A stretch of 40,525 nucleotides of DNA from a virus: the UHGV virus genome UHGV-0146833; one strand, 5' to 3'. The translations under genes were made by a program, and so were the position numbers. Below are positions 29,199-40,525 of this stretch, piece after piece; the first letter of the stretch is position 1; each line of letters begins with the position of its first letter. The notes beneath the pieces are model-generated. The model worked only from the letters and a program-made list of their open reading frames with translations. It did not search any database and was not told the origin of the DNA.

Positions 29199-29209
29199 CG
29201 GGAGGCGCT

Positions 29210-29563
29210 GTGGCTGATTTCGATAACCTGTTCGATGCTGCCATTGCCCGCGCCGATGAAACGATACGCGGGTACATGGGAACGTCAGCCACCATGACAT
29301 CCGGTGAGCAGTCCGGTGCTGTGATACGTGGTGTTTTTGATGACCCTGAAAATATCAGCTATGCCGGACAGGGCGTGCGCGTTGAAGGCTCCAGCCCGTC
29401 CCTGTTTGTCCGGACTGATGATGTGCGGCAGCTGCGGCGTGGAGACACGCTGACCATCGGTGAGGAAAACTTCTGGATAGACCGGATTTCGCCGGATGAT
29501 GGCGGAAGCTGTCATCTCTGGCTTGGGCGTGGCGTGCCGCCTGCCGTTAACCGTCGTCGCTGA
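29210..29563 (+). CDS. FII: Head-tail joining protein FII
   Basis: 117 aa lambda FII-like. Confidence 0.9.
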   Translation: MADFDNLFDAAIARADETIRGYMGTSATMTSGEQSGAVIRGVFDDPENISYAGQGVRVEGSSPSLFVRTDDVRQLRRGDTLTIGEENFWIDRISPDDGGSCHLWLGRGVPPAVNRRR

Positions 29564-29574
29564 AAGGGGGATGT

Positions 29575-30153
29575 ATGGCCATAAAAGGTCTTGAGCAGGC
29601 CGTTGAAAACCTCAGTCGTATCAGCAAAACGGCGGTGCCCGGTGCCGCCGCAATGGCCATTAACCGCGTTGCTTCATCCGCGATATCCCAGTCGGCGTCA
29701 CAGGTTGCCCGTGAGACAAAGGTACGCCGGAAACTGGTAAAGGAAAGGGCCAGGCTGAAAAGGGCCACGGTCAAAAATCCGCAGGCCAGAATCAAGGTTA
29801 ACCGGGGGGATTTGCCCGTAATAAAGCTGGGTAACGCGCGGATTGTCCTGTCCCGACGCAGGCGTCGTAAAAAGGGGCAGCGTTCATCCCTGAAAGGTGG
29901 CGGCAGCGTGCTTGTGGTGGGAAACCGTCGTATTTCCGGCGCGTTTATTCAGCAACTGAAAAATGGCCGGTGGCATGTCATGCAGCGTGTGGCCGGGAAA
30001 AACCGTTACCCCATTGATGTGGTGAAAATCCCGATGGCGGTGCCGCTGACCACGGCGTTTAAACAGAATATTGAGCGGATACGGCGTGAACGTCTTCCGA
30101 AAGAGCTGGGCTATGCGCTGCAGCATCAACTGAGAATGGTAATAAAGCGATGA
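29575..30153 (+). CDS. Z: Tail completion protein Z
   Basis: 192 aa; lambda gene order and sequence. Confidence 0.9.
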   Translation: MAIKGLEQAVENLSRISKTAVPGAAAMAINRVASSAISQSASQVARETKVRRKLVKERARLKRATVKNPQARIKVNRGDLPVIKLGNARIVLSRRRRRKKGQRSSLKGGGSVLVVGNRRISGAFIQQLKNGRWHVMQRVAGKNRYPIDVVKIPMAVPLTTAFKQNIERIRRERLPKELGYALQHQLRMVIKR

Positions 30154-30545
30154 AACATACTGAACTCCGTGCAGCCGTACTGGATGCACTGGAGAAGCAT
30201 GACACCGGGGCGACGCTTTTTGATGGTCGCCCCGCTGTTTTTGATGAGGCGGATTTTCCGGCAGTTGCCGTTTATCTCACCGGCGCTGAATACACGGGCG
30301 AAGAGCTGGACAGCGATACCTGGCAGGCAGAGCTGCATATCGAAGTTTTCCTGCCTGCTCAGGTGCCGGATTCAGAGCTGGATGCGTGGATGGAGTCCCG
30401 GATTTATCCGGTGATGAGCGATATCCCGGCACTGTCAGATTTGATCACCAGTATGGTGGCCAGTGGCTATGACTACCGGCGCGACGATGATGCGGGCCTG
30501 TGGAGTTCAGCCGATCTGACTTATGTCATTACCTATGAAATGTGA
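30150..30545 (+). CDS. U: Tail terminator protein U
   Basis: 131 aa lambda U-like. Confidence 0.9.
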   Translation: MKHTELRAAVLDALEKHDTGATLFDGRPAVFDEADFPAVAVYLTGAEYTGEELDSDTWQAELHIEVFLPAQVPDSELDAWMESRIYPVMSDIPALSDLITSMVASGYDYRRDDDAGLWSSADLTYVITYEM

Positions 30546-30552
30546 GGACGAT

Positions 30553-31293
30553 ATGCCAACACCAAATCCTCTGGCACCGGTGAAAGGGGCCGGAACCACC
30601 CTGTGGGTTTATAAGGGGAACGGTGACCCTTATGCGAACCCGCTTTCAGACGTTGACTGGTCGCGTCTGGCAAAAGTTAAAGACCTGACGCCCGGCGAAC
30701 TGACCGCAGAGTCCTATGACGACAGCTATCTCGATGATGAAGATGCAGACTGGACTGCGACCGGGCAGGGGCAGAAATCCGCCGGAGATACCAGCTTCAC
30801 GCTGGCGTGGATGCCCGGAGAGCAGGGGCAGCAGGCGCTGCTGGCGTGGTTTAATGAAGGTGATACCCGTGCCTATAAAATCCGCTTCCCGAACGGCACG
30901 GTCGATGTGTTCCGCGGCTGGGTCAGCAGCATCGGTAAGGCGGTGACAGCGAAGGAAGTGATCACCCGTACGGTGAAAGTCACCAACGTGGGACGTCCGT
31001 CGATGGCAGAAGATCGCAGCACGGTAACAGCGGCAACCGGCATGACCGTGACGCCTGCCAGCACCTCGGTGGTGAAAGGGAAGAGCACGACGCTGACCGT
31101 GGCATTCCAGCCGGAGGGCGCAACCGACAAGAGCTTCCGTGCGGTGTCAGCGGATAAAACAAAAGCCACCGTGTCGGTCAGTGGTATGACCATCACCGTG
31201 AAAGGCGTTGCTGCAGGCAAGGTCAACATTCCGGTTGTATCCGGTAATGGTGAGTTTGCTGTGGTTGCAGAAATCAACGTCACCGACAGCTAA
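30553..31293 (+). CDS. V: Major tail protein V (with C-terminal Ig-like domain)
   Basis: [22 protein letters not shown]... lambda V-like; internal start of track ORF 30523. Confidence 0.93.
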   Translation: MPTPNPLAPVKGAGTTLWVYKGNGDPYANPLSDVDWSRLAKVKDLTPGELTAESYDDSYLDDEDADWTATGQGQKSAGDTSFTLAWMPGEQGQQALLAWFNEGDTRAYKIRFPNGTVDVFRGWVSSIGKAVTAKEVITRTVKVTNVGRPSMAEDRSTVTAATGMTVTPASTSVVKGKSTTLTVAFQPEGATDKSFRAVSADKTKATVSVSGMTITVKGVAAGKVNIPVVSGNGEFAVVAEINVTDS

Positions 31294-31308
31294 TCCGGAG
31301 AGTCAGCG

Positions 31309-31731
31309 ATGTTCCTGAAAACCGAATCATTTGAACATAACGGTGTGACCGTCACGCTTTCTGAACTGTCAGCCCTGCAGCGTATTGAGCATCTTTTTCT
31401 GATGAAACGACAGGCAGAACAGGCGGACTCCGACAGCAACCAACAGGTTGCTTTGGCAGACCTTATCAGAACCGGTGCTTTTGTGGTGGCGATGTCCCTG
31501 TGGCATAACCATCCGAAGAAGACGCAGATGCCGTCCATGAATGAAGCCGTTAAACAGATTGAGCAGGAAGTGCTTACCACCTGGCCCGCGGAGGCAGTTT
31601 CTCATGCTGAAAACGTGGTGTACCGGCTGTCCGGTATGTATGAGTTTGTGGTGAATGATGCTCCTGAACAGACAGAGGACGCCGGGCCTGCAGAGCCTGT
31701 TTCTGTGGGAAAGTGTTCGACGGTGAGCTGA
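31309..31731 (+). CDS. G: Tail assembly chaperone G
   Basis: 140 aa lambda G-like; ends shortly after slippery heptamer GGGAAAG at 31707-31713. Confidence 0.93.
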   Translation: MFLKTESFEHNGVTVTLSELSALQRIEHLFLMKRQAEQADSDSNQQVALADLIRTGAFVVAMSLWHNHPKKTQMPSMNEAVKQIEQEVLTTWPAEAVSHAENVVYRLSGMYEFVVNDAPEQTEDAGPAEPVSVGKCSTVS

Positions 31732-32147
31732 GTTTTGCCCTGAAACTGGCGCGAGAGATGGGGCGACCTGACTGGCGCGCCATGCTTGCCGGGATGTCAT
31801 CCACGGAGTACGCCGACTGGCACCGCTTTTACAGTACCCATTATTTTCATGATGTTCTGCTGGATATGCACTTTTCCGGGCTGACGTACACCGTACTCAG
31901 CCTGTTTTTCAGCGATCCGGATATGCATCCGCTGGATTTCAGTCTGCTGAACCGGCGCGAGGCTGACGAAGAGCCTGAAGATGATGTGCTGATGCAGAAA
32001 GCGGCAGGGCTTGCCGGAGGCGTCCGCTTTGGCCCGGACGGGAATGAAGTTATCCCCGCTTCCCCGGATGTGGCGGACATGACGGAGGATGACGTAATGC
32101 TGATGACAGTATCAGAAGGGATCGCAGGAGGAGTCCGGTATGGCTGA
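31713..32147 (+). CDS. T: T portion of the G-T tail assembly chaperone, made by programmed -1 frameshift at GGGAAAG (31707-31713); not an independent gene
   Basis: -1 frame ORF begins exactly at the slippery site and encodes FDGELSFALKLAREMGRPDW...; known lambda G-T mechanism. Confidence 0.85.
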   Translation: MFDGELSFALKLAREMGRPDWRAMLAGMSSTEYADWHRFYSTHYFHDVLLDMHFSGLTYTVLSLFFSDPDMHPLDFSLLNRREADEEPEDDVLMQKAAGLAGGVRFGPDGNEVIPASPDVADMTEDDVMLMTVSEGIAGGVRYG

Positions 32148-34689
32148 ACCGGTAGGCGATCTGGTCGTTGATTTAAGTCTGGATGCGGCCAGATTTGACG
32201 AGCAGATGGCCAGAGTCAGGCGTCATTTTTCCGGTACGGAAAGTGATGCGAAAAAAACAGCGGCAGTCGTTGAACAGTCTCTGAGCCGACAGGCGCTGGC
32301 TGCACAGAAAGCGGGGATTTCCGTCGGGCAGTATAAAGCCGCCATGCGTATGCTGCCTGCACAGTTCACCGACGTGGCCACGCAGCTTGCAGGCGGGCAA
32401 AGTCCGTGGCTGATCCTGCTGCAACAGGGTGGTCAGGTTAAGGACTCCTTCGGCGGGATGATCCCCATGTTCAGGGGGCTTGCCGGTGCGATCACCCTGC
32501 CGATGGTGGGGGCCACCTCGCTGGCGGTGGCGACCGGTGCGCTGGCGTATGCCTGGTATCAGGGCAACTCAACCCTGTCCGATTTCAACAAAACGCTGGT
32601 CCTTTCCGGCAATCAGGCGGGACTGACGGCAGATCGTATGCTGGTCCTGTCCAGAGCCGGGCAGGCGGCAGGGCTGACGTTTAACCAGACCAGCGAGTCA
32701 CTCAGCGCACTGGTTAAGGCGGGAGTAAGCGGTGAGGCTCAGATTGCGTCCATCAGCCAGAGTGTGGCACGTTTCTCCTCTGCATCCGGCGTGGAGGTGG
32801 ACAAGGTCGCTGAAGCCTTCGGGAAGCTGACCACAGACCCGACGTCAGGGCTGACAGCGATGGCACGCCAGTTCCATAACGTGACGGCGGAGCAGATTGC
32901 GTATGTTGCTCAGTTGCAGCGTTCCGGCGATGAAGCCGGGGCATTGCAGGCGGCGAACGAGGCCGCGACGAAAGGGTTTGATGACCAGACCCGCCGCCTG
33001 AAAGAGAACATGGGCACGCTGGAGACCTGGGCAGACAGGACAGCACGGGCATTCAAATCCATGTGGGATGCGGTGCTGGATATTGGTCGTCCTGATACCG
33101 CTCAGGAGATGCTGATTAAGGCAGAGGCTGCGTTTAAGAAAGCAGACGACATCTGGAATCTGCGCAAGGATGATTATTTCGTTAACGATGAAGCGCGGGC
33201 GCGTTACTGGGATGATCGTGAAAAGGCCCGTCTTGCGCTTGAAGCCGCCCGAAAGAAGGCTGAGCAGCAGAGTCAACAGGACAAAAATGCGCAGCAGCAG
33301 AGCGATACCGAAGCGTCACGGCTGAAATATACCGAAGAGGCGCAGAAGGCTTACGAACGCCTGCAGACGCCGCTGGAGAAATATATCGCCCGTCAGGAAG
33401 AACTGAACAAGGCACTGAAAGACGGGAAAATCCTGCAGGCAGATTACAACACGCTGATGGCGGCGGCGAAAAAGGACTATGAATCGACGCTGAAAAAGCC
33501 GAAGCAGTCCGGCGTGAAAGTGTCTGCGGGCGATCGTCAGGAAGACAGTGCTCATGCTGCCCTGCTGACGCTTCAGGCTGAACTCCGGACGCTGGAGAAG
33601 CATGCCGGAGCAAATGAGAAAATCAGCCAGCAGCGCCGGGATTTGTGGAAGGCGGAGAGTCAGTTCGCGGTACTGGAGGAGGCGGCTCAACGTCGCCAGC
33701 TGTCTGCACAGGAGAAATCCCTGCTGGCGCATAAAGATGAGACGCTGGAGTACAAACGCCAGCTGGCTGCACTTGGCGACAAGGTTACGTATCAGGAGCA
33801 CCTGAACGCGCTGGCGCAGCAGGCGGATAAATTCGCACAGCAGCAACGGGCAAAACGGGCCAGCATTGAGGCGAAAAGCCGGGGGCTGACTGACCGGCAG
33901 GCAGCGCGGGAAGCCACAGAACAGCGCCTGAAGGAACAGTATGGCGATAATCCTCTGGCGCTGAATAACGTCATGTCAGAGCAGAAAAAGACCTGGGCGG
34001 CTGAAGACCAGCTTCGCGGGAGCTGGATGGCAGGCCTGAAGTCCGGCTGGAGTGAGTGGGAAGAGAGCGCCACGGACAGTATGTCGCAGGTAAAAAGTGC
34101 AGCCACGCAGACCTTTGATGGTATTGCACAGAATATGGCGGCGATGCTGACCGGCAGTGAGCAGAACTGGCGCAGCTTCACCCGTTCCGTGCTGTCCATG
34201 ATGACAGAAATTCTGCTTAAGCAGGCAATGGTGGGGATTGTCGGAAGTATAGGCAGCTCCATTGGCAGCGGCGCATCAGTGTCAGGCGGTACAGCCATTC
34301 AGGCCGCTGCGGCGAAATTCCATTTTGCGACCGGAGGATTTACGGGAACCGGCGGCAAATATGAGCCAGCGGGGATTGTTCACCGTGGTGAATTTGTCTT
34401 CACGAAGGAGGCAACCAGCCGGATTGGCGTGGGGAATCTTTACCGGCTGATGCGCGGCTATGCCACCGGCGGTTATGTCGGTACACCGGGCAGCATGGCA
34501 GACAGCCGGTCGCAGGCGTCCGGGACGTTTGAGCAGAATAACCATGTGGTGATTAACAACGACGGCACGAACGGGCAGATTGGACCACAGGCGCTGAAGG
34601 CAGTGTATGACATGGCCCGCAAGGGTGCCCGTGATGAAATTCAGGCACAGATGCGTGATGGTGGCCTGTTCTCCGGAGGTGGACGATGA
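32140..34689 (+). CDS. H: Tail tape measure protein H
   Basis: 849 aa, lambda H-like. Confidence 0.93.
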   Translation: MAEPVGDLVVDLSLDAARFDEQMARVRRHFSGTESDAKKTAAVVEQSLSRQALAAQKAGISVGQYKAAMRMLPAQFTDVATQLAGGQSPWLILLQQGGQVKDSFGGMIPMFRGLAGAITLPMVGATSLAVATGALAYAWYQGNSTLSDFNKTLVLSGNQAGLTADRMLVLSRAGQAAGLTFNQTSESLSALVKAGVSGEAQIASISQSVARFSSASGVEVDKVAEAFGKLTTDPTSGLTAMARQFHNVTAEQIAYVAQLQRSGDEAGALQAANEAATKGFDDQTRRLKENMGTLETWADRTARAFKSMWDAVLDIGRPDTAQEMLIKAEAAFKKADDIWNLRKDDYFVNDEARARYWDDREKARLALEAARKKAEQQSQQDKNAQQQSDTEASRLKYTEEAQKAYERLQTPLEKYIARQEELNKALKDGKILQADYNTLMAAAKKDYESTLKKPKQSGVKVSAGDRQEDSAHAALLTLQAELRTLEKHAGANEKISQQRRDLWKAESQFAVLEEAAQRRQLSAQEKSLLAHKDETLEYKRQLAALGDKVTYQEHLNALAQQADKFAQQQRAKRASIEAKSRGLTDRQAAREATEQRLKEQYGDNPLALNNVMSEQKKTWAAEDQLRGSWMAGLKSGWSEWEESATDSMSQVKSAATQTFDGIAQNMAAMLTGSEQNWRSFTRSVLSMMTEILLKQAMVGIVGSIGSSIGSGASVSGGTAIQAAAAKFHFATGGFTGTGGKYEPAGIVHRGEFVFTKEATSRIGVGNLYRLMRGYATGGYVGTPGSMADSRSQASGTFEQNNHVVINNDGTNGQIGPQALKAVYDMARKGARDEIQAQMRDGGLFSGGGR

Positions 34690-35015
34690 AAACCTTCCGC
34701 TGGAAAGTGAAACCCGGGATGGATGTGACATCGGCTCCTTCCGTCAGGGAGGTGCGCTTTGGTGATGGCTATTCCCAGCGTGCGCCTGCCGGGCTGAACG
34801 CTGACCTGAAAACGTACAGCGTGACGCTGTCTGTCTCCCGTGAGGAGGCCACGGCGCTGGAGTCGTTTCTGGCTGAGCACGGGGGCTGGAAGGCCTTTCT
34901 GTGGACGCCGCCTTATGGTTACAGGCAGATAAAGGTGACCTGCGCAAAATGGTCGTCGCAGGTCAGTATGCTGCGTGTTGAGTTCAGCGCAGAGTTTAAA
35001 CAGGTGGTGAACTGA
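34686..35015 (+). CDS. M: Tail tip protein M
   Basis: 109 aa lambda M-like. Confidence 0.9.
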   Translation: MKTFRWKVKPGMDVTSAPSVREVRFGDGYSQRAPAGLNADLKTYSVTLSVSREEATALESFLAEHGGWKAFLWTPPYGYRQIKVTCAKWSSQVSMLRVEFSAEFKQVVN

Positions 35016-35713
35016 TGCAGGATATCCGGCAGGAAACACTGAATGAATGCACCCGTGCGGAGCAGTCGGCCAGCGTGGTGCTCTGGGAAATCGATCTGAC
35101 AGAGGTCGGTGGAGAACGTTATTTTTTCTGTAATGAGCAGAACGAAAAAGGTGAACCGGTCACCTGGCAGGGGCGGCAGTATCAGGCCTATCCCATTCAG
35201 GGGAGCGGTTTTGAACAGAATGGCAAAGGCACCAGTACGCGGCCCACGCTGGCAGTCTCTAACCTGTACGGCATGGTCACCGGTATGGTGGAAGATATGC
35301 AGAGTCTGGTCGGCGGAACGGTGGTCCGGCGTAAGGTTTACGCCCGTTTTCTGGATGCGGTGAACTTCGTCAACGGAAACAGCGACGCCGATCCGGAGCA
35401 AGAGGTGATCAGCCGCTGGCGCATCGAGCAGTGCAGCGAACTGAGCGCGGTCAGTGCCTCTTTTGTACTGGCCACACCGACGGAAACGGATGGTGCCGTT
35501 TTTCCGGGGCGCATCATGCTGGCTAATACCTGCACCTGGACCTATCGCGGCGATGAGTGCGGTTATAGCGGTCCGGCTGTCGCGGATGAATATGACCAGC
35601 CAACGTCCGATATCACGAAGGATAAATGCAGCAAATGCCTGAGCGGTTGTAAGTTCCGCAATAACGTCGGCAACTTTGGCGGCTTCCTTTCCATTAACAA
35701 ACTTTCGCAGTAA
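35015..35713 (+). CDS. L: Tail tip protein L
   Basis: 232 aa lambda L-like. Confidence 0.9.
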   Translation: MQDIRQETLNECTRAEQSASVVLWEIDLTEVGGERYFFCNEQNEKGEPVTWQGRQYQAYPIQGSGFEQNGKGTSTRPTLAVSNLYGMVTGMVEDMQSLVGGTVVRRKVYARFLDAVNFVNGNSDADPEQEVISRWRIEQCSELSAVSASFVLATPTETDGAVFPGRIMLANTCTWTYRGDECGYSGPAVADEYDQPTSDITKDKCSKCLSGCKFRNNVGNFGGFLSINKLSQ

Positions 35714-35718
35714 ATCCC

Positions 35719-36462
35719 ATGACACAGACAGAATCAGCGATTCTGGCGCACGCCCGGCGATGTGCGCCAGCGGAGTCGTGCGGCTTCGTGGTAAGCACGC
35801 CGGAGGGGGAAAGATATTTCCCCTGCGTGAATATCTCCGGTGAGCCGGAGGCGTATTTCCGTATGTCGCCGGAAGACTGGCTGCAGGCAGAAATGCAGGG
35901 TGAGATTGTGGCGCTGGTCCACAGCCACCCCGGTGGTCTGCCCTGGCTGAGTGAGGCCGACCGGCGGCTGCAGGTGCAGAGTGATTTGCCGTGGTGGCTG
36001 GTCTGCCGGGGGACGATTCATAAGTTCCGCTGTGTGCCGCATCTCACCGGGCGGCGCTTTGAGCACGGGGTGACGGACTGTTACACACTGTTCCGGGATG
36101 CTTATCATCTGGCGGGGATTGAGATGCCGGACTTTCATCGTGAGGATGACTGGTGGCGTAACGGCCAGAATCTCTATCTGGATAATCTGGAGGCGACGGG
36201 GCTGTATCAGGTGCCGTTGTCAGCGGCACAGCCGGGCGATGTGCTGCTGTGCTGTTTTGGTTCATCAGTGCCGAATCACGCCGCAATTTACTGCGGCGAC
36301 GGCGAGCTGCTGCACCATATTCCTGAACAACTGAGCAAACGAGAGAGGTATACCGACAAATGGCAGCGACGCACACACTCCCTCTGGCGTCACCGGGCAT
36401 GGCGCGCATCTGCCTTTACGGGGATTTGCAACGATTTGGCCGCCGCATCGACCTTCGTGTGA
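35719..36462 (+). CDS. K: Tail tip assembly protein K (JAMM/MPN plus NlpC/P60-like)
   Basis: HSHPGG JAMM-like motif; open from an ATG right after L (247 aa). The true start may be internal. Confidence 0.85.
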   Translation: MTQTESAILAHARRCAPAESCGFVVSTPEGERYFPCVNISGEPEAYFRMSPEDWLQAEMQGEIVALVHSHPGGLPWLSEADRRLQVQSDLPWWLVCRGTIHKFRCVPHLTGRRFEHGVTDCYTLFRDAYHLAGIEMPDFHREDDWWRNGQNLYLDNLEATGLYQVPLSAAQPGDVLLCCFGSSVPNHAAIYCGDGELLHHIPEQLSKRERYTDKWQRRTHSLWRHRAWRASAFTGICNDLAAASTFV

Positions 36463-37001
36463 AAACGGGGGCTGAAGCCATCCGCGCACTGGCCACACAG
36501 CTTCCGGCGTTTCGTCAGAAACTGAGCGACGGCTGGTATCAGGTACGGATTGCCGGGCGTGATGCAGGCGAAACCGAATTATCATCCCGTCTTAATGAGC
36601 CGCTGGCAAATGGTGCCGTGATCCACATCGTGCCGCGTCTTGCGGGAGCAAAAAGTGGCGGTGTGTTTCAGGCGGTGCTGGGTGCGGCGTTGATTGCTAC
36701 GGCAATCTGGATGCCGGGGATCAGTATCGCTTTCAGTGACATTCTCTTTTCAATGGGTGCGGCGATGACGCTTGGCGGTGTTGCACAGATGCTGGCACCG
36801 AAAGCGAGTACCGCAACAACGACCAGCACGGATAACGGTAAGCAGAACACGTATTTCTCATCACTGGATAACATGGTTGCCCAGGGCAATGTTCTGCCTG
36901 TTCTGTACGGTGAAATGCGTGTGGGGTCACGGGTAATTTCGCAGGAAATCAGCACGGCAGACGAAGGGGATGGTGGTGAAATCGTGGTGATTGGTCGCTG
37001 A
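36360..37001 (+). CDS. I: Tail tip assembly protein I
   Basis: MAATHTLPLASPGMARICLYGDLQRF... lambda I-like; overlaps K as in lambda. Confidence 0.9.
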   Translation: MAATHTLPLASPGMARICLYGDLQRFGRRIDLRVKTGAEAIRALATQLPAFRQKLSDGWYQVRIAGRDAGETELSSRLNEPLANGAVIHIVPRLAGAKSGGVFQAVLGAALIATAIWMPGISIAFSDILFSMGAAMTLGGVAQMLAPKASTATTTSTDNGKQNTYFSSLDNMVAQGNVLPVLYGEMRVGSRVISQEISTADEGDGGEIVVIGR

Positions 37002-37061
37002 TGCAGAATGTTTTATGTGAAACCGCCTCCGGGCGGTTTTATCGTTTATGGAGCATGACGA

Positions 37062-40000
37062 ATGGGTAAAGGCAGCAGTAAGGGGCATACCCCGCGCGAA
37101 GCGAAGGACAACCTGAAGTCCACGCAGTTGCTGAGTGTGATTGATGCCATCAGCGAAGGGCCGATTGAAGGGCCGGTGGATGGGTTAAAAAGCGTTCTGC
37201 TGAACAGTACGCCGGTGCTGGACAGTGAGGGGAATACCAATATCTCCGGTGTCACGGTGGTGTTCCGGGCCGGTGAGCAGGAGCAGACACCGCCGGAGGG
37301 CTTTGAATCCTCCGGCTCCGAGACGGTGCTGGGTACGGAAGTGAAATATGACACGCCGATCACCCGGACCATCACGTCGGCAAACATCGACCGTCTGCGC
37401 TTTACCTTCGGTGTGCAGGCACTGGTGGAAACCACCTCAAAGGGGGACAGGAATCCATCGGAAGTCCGCCTGCTGGTTCAGATACAGCGTAACGGTGGCT
37501 GGGTGACGGAAAAAGACATCACCATTAAGGGCAAAACCACCTCGCAGTATCTGGCCTCGGTGGTGGTGGATAACCTGCCGCCGCGCCCGTTTAATATCCG
37601 GATGCGCAGGATGACGCCGGACAGCACCACAGACCAGCTGCAGAATAAAACGCTCTGGTCGTCATACACCGAAATCATCGATGTGAAACAGTGCTACCCG
37701 AACACGGCACTGGTCGGCGTACAGGTGGACTCGGAGCAGTTCGGCAGCCAGCAGGTGGGTCGTAATTATCATCTTCGCGGGCGCATTCTGCAGGTGCCGT
37801 CGAACTATGATCCGGAAAAACGCACTTACAGCGGCATCTGGGACGGAACGTTAAAACCGGCATACAGCAACAACATGGCCTGGTGTCTGTGGGATATGCT
37901 GACCCACCCGCGCTACGGCATGGGGAAACGTCTTGGTGCGGCGGATGTGGACAAATGGGCGCTGTATGTCATCGGCCAGAATTGCGACCAGTCAGTACCG
38001 GACGGCTTTGGCGGCACGGAGCCGCGCATCACCTGTAATGCATACCTGACCACACAGCGCAAGGCGTGGGATGTGCTCAGTGATTTCTGCTCGGCGATGC
38101 GCTGTATGCCGGTATGGAACGGGCAGACGCTGACGTTCGTGCAGGACCGACCGTCGGATAAGGTGTGGACCTATAACCGCAGTAATGTGGTGATGCCGGA
38201 TGATGGTGCGCCGTTCCGCTACAGCTTCAGCGCCCTGAAGGACCGCCATAATGCCGTTGAGGTGAACTGGACTGACCCGGATAACGGCTGGGAAACGGCA
38301 ACAGAGCTTGTGGAGGACCCGCAGGCCATTGCCCGTTACGGTCGTAACGTCACGAAGATGGATGCCTTTGGCTGTACCAGCCGGGGGCAGGCACACCGCG
38401 CCGGGCTGTGGCTGATTAAAACGGAGCTGCTGGAGACGCAGACCGTGGACTTCAGCGTGGGCGCAGAAGGGCTTCGCCATGTACCGGGCGATGTCATTGA
38501 AATCTGTGATGATGACTATGCGGGGATCAGCACCGGTGGGCGTGTGCTGGCGGTGAACAGCCAGACCCGGACGCTGACGCTCGACCGTGAAATCACGCTG
38601 CCATCCTCCGGCACCACGCTGATAAGCCTGGTTGACGGTCAGGGTAATCCGGTCAGCGTGGAGGTCCAGTCCGTCACCGACGGCGTGAAGGTGAAAGTGA
38701 GCCGGGTTCCTGACGGTGTTGCTGAATACAGCGTGTGGGGGCTGAAGCTGCCGACGCTGCGCCAGCGCCTGTTCCGCTGTGTGAGTATCCGTGAGAACGA
38801 CGACGGCACGTATGCCATCACTGCCGTGCAACATGTACCGGAGAAAGAAGCCATCGTGGATAACGGGGCGCACTTTGACGGTGACCAGAGCGGCACGGTG
38901 AATGGTGTCACGCCGCCAGCAGTGCAGCACCTGACCGCAGAAGTCACCGCAGACAGCGGGGAATATCAGGTGCTGGCCCGCTGGGACACGCCGAAGGTGG
39001 TGAAGGGCGTGAGCTTCCTGCTCCGTCTGACCGTAACAGCGGATGACGGCAGTGAGCGGCTGGTCAGCACGGCCCGGACGACGGAAACCACATACCGCTT
39101 CACGCAACTGGCGCTGGGGAACTACAGGCTGACAGTCCGGGCGGTAAATGCGTGGGGACAGCAGGGCGATCCGGCATCGGTATCGTTCCGGATTGCCGCA
39201 CCGGCAGCGCCGTCACAGATTGAGCTGACACCGGGCTATTTTCAGATAACCGCCACGCCGCATCTTGCGGTTTATGATCCGACGGTACAGTTTGAGTTCT
39301 GGTTTTCTGAAACGAAGATTTCAGATGTCTCACAGGTGGACAAATCTGCCCGCTATCTTGGTACGGCACTGTACTGGGTAGCCTCCGGCCAGAATATTAA
39401 GCCGGGCCATGATTATTACTTTTATATCCGCAGTGTGAACACCGTTGGCAAATCGGCATTCGTGGAGGCTGTTGGTCAGCCGGGTAATAATCCTGAAGAG
39501 TATCTCAATTTTTTTGAAGGGAAAATAAACAGCACTCTGCTGGGGCAGGAGCTGAATGATCGTATTAATGCCTCTGCATTGCGCAGTGAAGTTGAGCAAC
39601 TGGAGGATGAGGTCAATCAGCGACTGGAGAGTGATATTGCCGAGGTGACCCAAAAAATCGGGGAAACAGAAAACAGCCTCACGCAGCTGGTTGCTAAAAA
39701 AAATGATGAGCAGTCACTGGCCATATCCCAGGTGAGTCAGAAAGTGGACAACGTCAGTAGCGAACTCACGCAAACGGTCAGTCAGAGTAATGAGGAGAAT
39801 GCACGCCAGATAGCGCAGGTTCGTCAGTATGTGGATGAAAAAAGCAGTGAAATCATCTCGACGACAGACAAAAAACTGGGCGAGCAGGAAGCAACAATCC
39901 AGCAGATACAAAAGGTTCAGACGGACACCAGTAATAACCTGAACAGTATGTGGGCCGTGAAACTGCAGCAGATGCAGGATGGTCGCCTTTACATTGCGGG

Positions 40001-40525
40001 TATCGGTGCCGGCATTGAGAATACCCCTGACGGTATGCAGAGTCAGGTGCTGCTGGCGGCAGACAGGATTGCGTTCATTAATCCGGAGAACGGTAACACC
40101 ACTCCGGCACTGGTCACGCAGGGGGGACAGACGTTTCTCAATGAAGCGCTGATTAAGACCCTTATTGCTCCCACAATTACCAGTGGCGGCAATCCTCCCG
40201 CATTTTCCCTGACATCAGACGGAAAGCTGACCGCTAAAAATGCGGATATCAGTGGCAGTGTGAATGCGAACTCAGGGACGCTCAACAACGTCACGATAAA
40301 TGAGAACTGTCAGATTAAGGGGAAACTGTCCGCCAACCAGATTGAAGGCGATATTGTCAAAACGGTCAGCAAGTCTTTCCCCCGCACGAGCACTTATGCC
40401 AGCGGCACCATTACGGTCACGATTAGTGATGATCAGAAGTTTGACCGACAGGTCATGATACCGCCAGTGTTATTCCGCGGTGGTAAGCATGAGAATTTCA
40501 ACAGTAATAACCAACAGTCATACTG
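37062..40525 (+). CDS. J: Central tail fibre / host specificity protein J, 3'-truncated by the window end
   Basis: [24 protein letters not shown]... matches lambda J; frame stays open to the last base; N-terminal two-thirds lambda-like, C-terminal third divergent. Confidence 0.9.
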   Translation, partial: MGKGSSKGHTPREAKDNLKSTQLLSVIDAISEGPIEGPVDGLKSVLLNSTPVLDSEGNTNISGVTVVFRAGEQEQTPPEGFESSGSETVLGTEVKYDTPITRTITSANIDRLRFTFGVQALVETTSKGDRNPSEVRLLVQIQRNGGWVTEKDITIKGKTTSQYLASVVVDNLPPRPFNIRMRRMTPDSTTDQLQNKTLWSSYTEIIDVKQCYPNTALVGVQVDSEQFGSQQVGRNYHLRGRILQVPSNYDPEKRTYSGIWDGTLKPAYSNNMAWCLWDMLTHPRYGMGKRLGAADVDKWALYVIGQNCDQSVPDGFGGTEPRITCNAYLTTQRKAWDVLSDFCSAMRCMPVWNGQTLTFVQDRPSDKVWTYNRSNVVMPDDGAPFRYSFSALKDRHNAVEVNWTDPDNGWETATELVEDPQAIARYGRNVTKMDAFGCTSRGQAHRAGLWLIKTELLETQTVDFSVGAEGLRHVPGDVIEICDDDYAGISTGGRVLAVNSQTRTLTLDREITLPSSGTTLISLVDGQGNPVSVEVQSVTDGVKVKVSRVPDGVAEYSVWGLKLPTLRQRLFRCVSIRENDDGTYAITAVQHVPEKEAIVDNGAHFDGDQSGTVNGVTPPAVQHLTAEVTADSGEYQVLARWDTPKVVKGVSFLLRLTVTADDGSERLVSTARTTETTYRFTQLALGNYRLTVRAVNAWGQQGDPASVSFRIAAPAAPSQIELTPGYFQITATPHLAVYDPTVQFEFWFSETKISDVSQVDKSARYLGTALYWVASGQNIKPGHDYYFYIRSVNTVGKSAFVEAVGQPGNNPEEYLNFFEGKINSTLLGQELNDRINASALRSEVEQLEDEVNQRLESDIAEVTQKIGETENSLTQLVAKKNDEQSLAISQVSQKVDNVSSELTQTVSQSNEENARQIAQVRQYVDEKSSEIISTTDKKLGEQEATIQQIQKVQTDTSNNLNSMWAVKLQQMQDGRLYIAGIGAGIENTPDGMQSQVLLAADRIAFINPENGNTTPALVTQGGQTFLNEALIKTLIAPTITSGGNPPAFSLTSDGKLTAKNADISGSVNANSGTLNNVTINENCQIKGKLSANQIEGDIVKTVSKSFPRTSTYASGTITVTISDDQKFDRQVMIPPVLFRGGKHENFNSNNQQSY

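Overview
This window looks like most of an N15-type linear plasmid-prophage (a 'telomere phage'), not an integrated lambdoid prophage. The evidence is a full-length TelN-like protelomerase at 181-2076, a ~1331-aa RepA-like primase-helicase on the minus strand, a CI-like repressor/Cro pair with TTATAGC-type operators, and no integrase, tRNA or CRISPR array. The order runs: telomere-proximal region, telN, an Icd-like/Bro-N antirepressor operon, an AT-rich four-gene operon, repA, cB/cro/Q-like immunity region, a translationally coupled early accessory operon, a HigB/HigA-like toxin-antitoxin pair, a DNA methyltransferase, a lysis cassette (holin, SAR-type endolysin, Rz with embedded Rz1), an AT-rich two-gene cassette bracketed by ~268-bp direct repeats, cos, then lambda-like head and tail genes Nu1 through a truncated J. 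The best candidates for something undescribed are the repeat-bracketed cassette at 19253-20686, the AT-rich operon at 3801-5039, and two dispersed palindrome families (TGCGACC-RY-GGTCGCA, six copies; CGTGAC-YR-GTCACG, three copies). All homology statements come from reading the protein translations against remembered reference sequences; no database search was run. Hand-derived coordinates were anchored to ORF-track positions but may be off by 1-2 bp.
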